Shown piece after piece: positions 62,293 through 64,000 of a stretch of 64,000 nt of DNA. The notes below the pieces were generated by a model. That model worked only from the letters and a program-made list of their open reading frames with translations, was not told where the DNA came from and made no database searches. The stretch comes from Convolutriloba macropyga (taxonomy: Eukaryota): positions 13,826,001-13,890,000 of the forward strand of contig NC_134482.1 in the NCBI RefSeq assembly GCF_964194025.1. The letters are read 5' to 3'. The position numbers and the translations under genes were made by a program. Each line of letters starts with the position of its first letter. Position 1 is the stretch's first letter.

Positions 62293-62383
62293 TTTGTTGT
62301 TTTTGTTTTAGTGGGTTACACACTCTTCTGGTCACCTTGTCTGGTTTTTATATTGAGCAGTAATAAAGATGTAAATAGTTTAT

Positions 62384-63690
62384 TAATAGCCGCACAGCGA
62401 TAGCTGGGGCTATTATTGGCCTTCTCTTGGTTTTTTACAATTCAAAGAATTTGAATTGTATTGGGGCGCTGTCTTTTTTAATAGCCGCACAGCGATAGCT
62501 GAGGCTATTATTGGCCTTCTCTTGGTTTTTTTTTATTTCGTCGTCATGATTTTTGTTACGACCATATGACGTCACAGCCATTTTTTGTTCATTCGTTCAT
62601 GCAATTTCAACTGAATTGCATGTGTGACGTCATTTTTCGCTCTTAGTGGAGCGAGTTTTTTTGTTCATGCGCGTGATTAAATTTTTGGTCACACTTGACT
62701 TACCTCACTCTCAAAAATGACTTCCTCACTTTGAAATTGACTTTTATTTAGTTTAATTCAAAGAGATAAGGTCAAATGGGTGTGTATCACTCTAAATGAA
62801 GGTTATTTGAGATCAGCTAATAGAGGCAGCAATAACTTATACAGATTTTTAATCAAAATATAACAGATCAGCCTTCACTGAAAAGACAAATTTTTTTGGT
62901 CTGTCTTTTTTACTGTTTTTTTAGACTGCCTATCTACGAATCTATTGCGGCTATTTTCTGGCAATCTGCCAGCTATGTTTTTTAAGATCTGTTCACACAT
63001 TTTCATGATTTTTGAAGTCAAATTGGAGTAGTGATTTTGGTCACGCCGAAACAGTGAGAAAACGGTGTTGGAACAAAAATTCGCTTTCTCGCTAGTGGTT
63101 TTTTGTTCACATGCGGCAATTTCACTTTGATTTTTACTGTTTTTTTCGGTTTTTGGGTCGGATTTTTTTCTAAATGGTTTTCCCAATCAATTCATAGTCC
63201 GTTCTAGGTCTAGTTTTCTGTTTAGTCAATGAAATTTCTTTGAATTGTACGTCAGGACTTGTCCTGCTATGTTTTTTATTTCGTCGTCATGATTTTTGTT
63301 GCAACCATATGACGTCACAGCCACTTTTTGTTCATTCGTTCATGCAATTTGAACTGAATTGCATGCGTGACGTCATATTTCGCTCTTAGTGTGATTAAAT
63401 TTTTGGTCACACTTGACTTACCGCTCTCAAAAATGACCTCCTCACTTTGAAATTGACTTCTATTTATTTTAATTCAAAGAGATAAGGTCAAATGGGTGCG
63501 TGTCACTCTAAATGAAGGTTATTTGAGATCAGCTAAATGAGGCAGCAATAACTTATACAGATTTTTCATCGAAATATAACAGATCAGCCTTCAATGAAAA
63601 GACGATTTTTTTTGGTCTGTCTTTTTTACTGTTTTAGACTGCCGATCTACGAGTCCATTGCGGCTATTTTCTGGCAATCTGCCAGCTATG
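62384..63690 (+). mobile_element. Family A+C composite with a second family A copy (62479-62977) nested inside C
   Basis: The inner A copy splits the T-run of gtcttttt|ttttaagatctg, which is contiguous in other C copies. Confidence 0.85.
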
Positions 63691-64000
63691 TTTGCCTTTG
63701 CACAAAGGTAATTGGTGTGTCGAATTAACTCCAAAATTGCTTTGACGTTACTTTCATAAAATAGAATTTTTGTTTAGTTTCACTGCTTTTCATCCCCGAT
63801 TGATTTAACCTCCGCCCATATTTTAACCGTATCGTTTACGCCTCTATTCCAACGCGCCGATTCCCCCTCCCCCATCTCTTTCTCTCTCATCAAATCGATG
63901 GGTATCAATCCCTAAACTTACCCAAACCTTACGTATCTGTTATAAGTGCTCTCAGTCGAAGTTTTGTAGCCGATATGTTAATCCTGCTGGTCTTTTGTAC

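Overview
AT-rich, repeat-dense eukaryotic (animal-like) genomic DNA, not prokaryotic. (1) 1-2894: right end of a Polinton/Maverick element, with packed minus-strand genes including an A32-like packaging ATPase and a terminus ending ACTACT (AGTAGT on the minus strand). It abuts a CA/GA-microsatellite repeat. (2) 5.9-15.1 kb: decayed non-LTR retrotransposons (two CR1/L2-like, one CRE-like); one is split by a BEL/Pao integrase-plus-LTR fragment. (3) 15368-27048: a decayed full-length Ty3/Gypsy LTR element (gag-pro-RT-RNaseH-IN). Between integrase and the PPT it carries a decayed gB/chuvirus-like class III envelope gene (partly tandem-duplicated) and a coiled-coil + DnaJ(J)-domain ORF; this is the most unusual system in the window. 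Two minimal hammerhead ribozyme motifs lie in and beside its 3' LTR. (4) ~28.6-61.5 kb: a spliced, highly divergent STAT-family gene on the + strand. Its introns are packed with at least three families of non-autonomous Helentron/DINE-1-like elements, all in + orientation, nested in each other's T-runs; some carry a tRNA-derived Pol III cassette. All family assignments come from motif recognition by eye; no searches were run.
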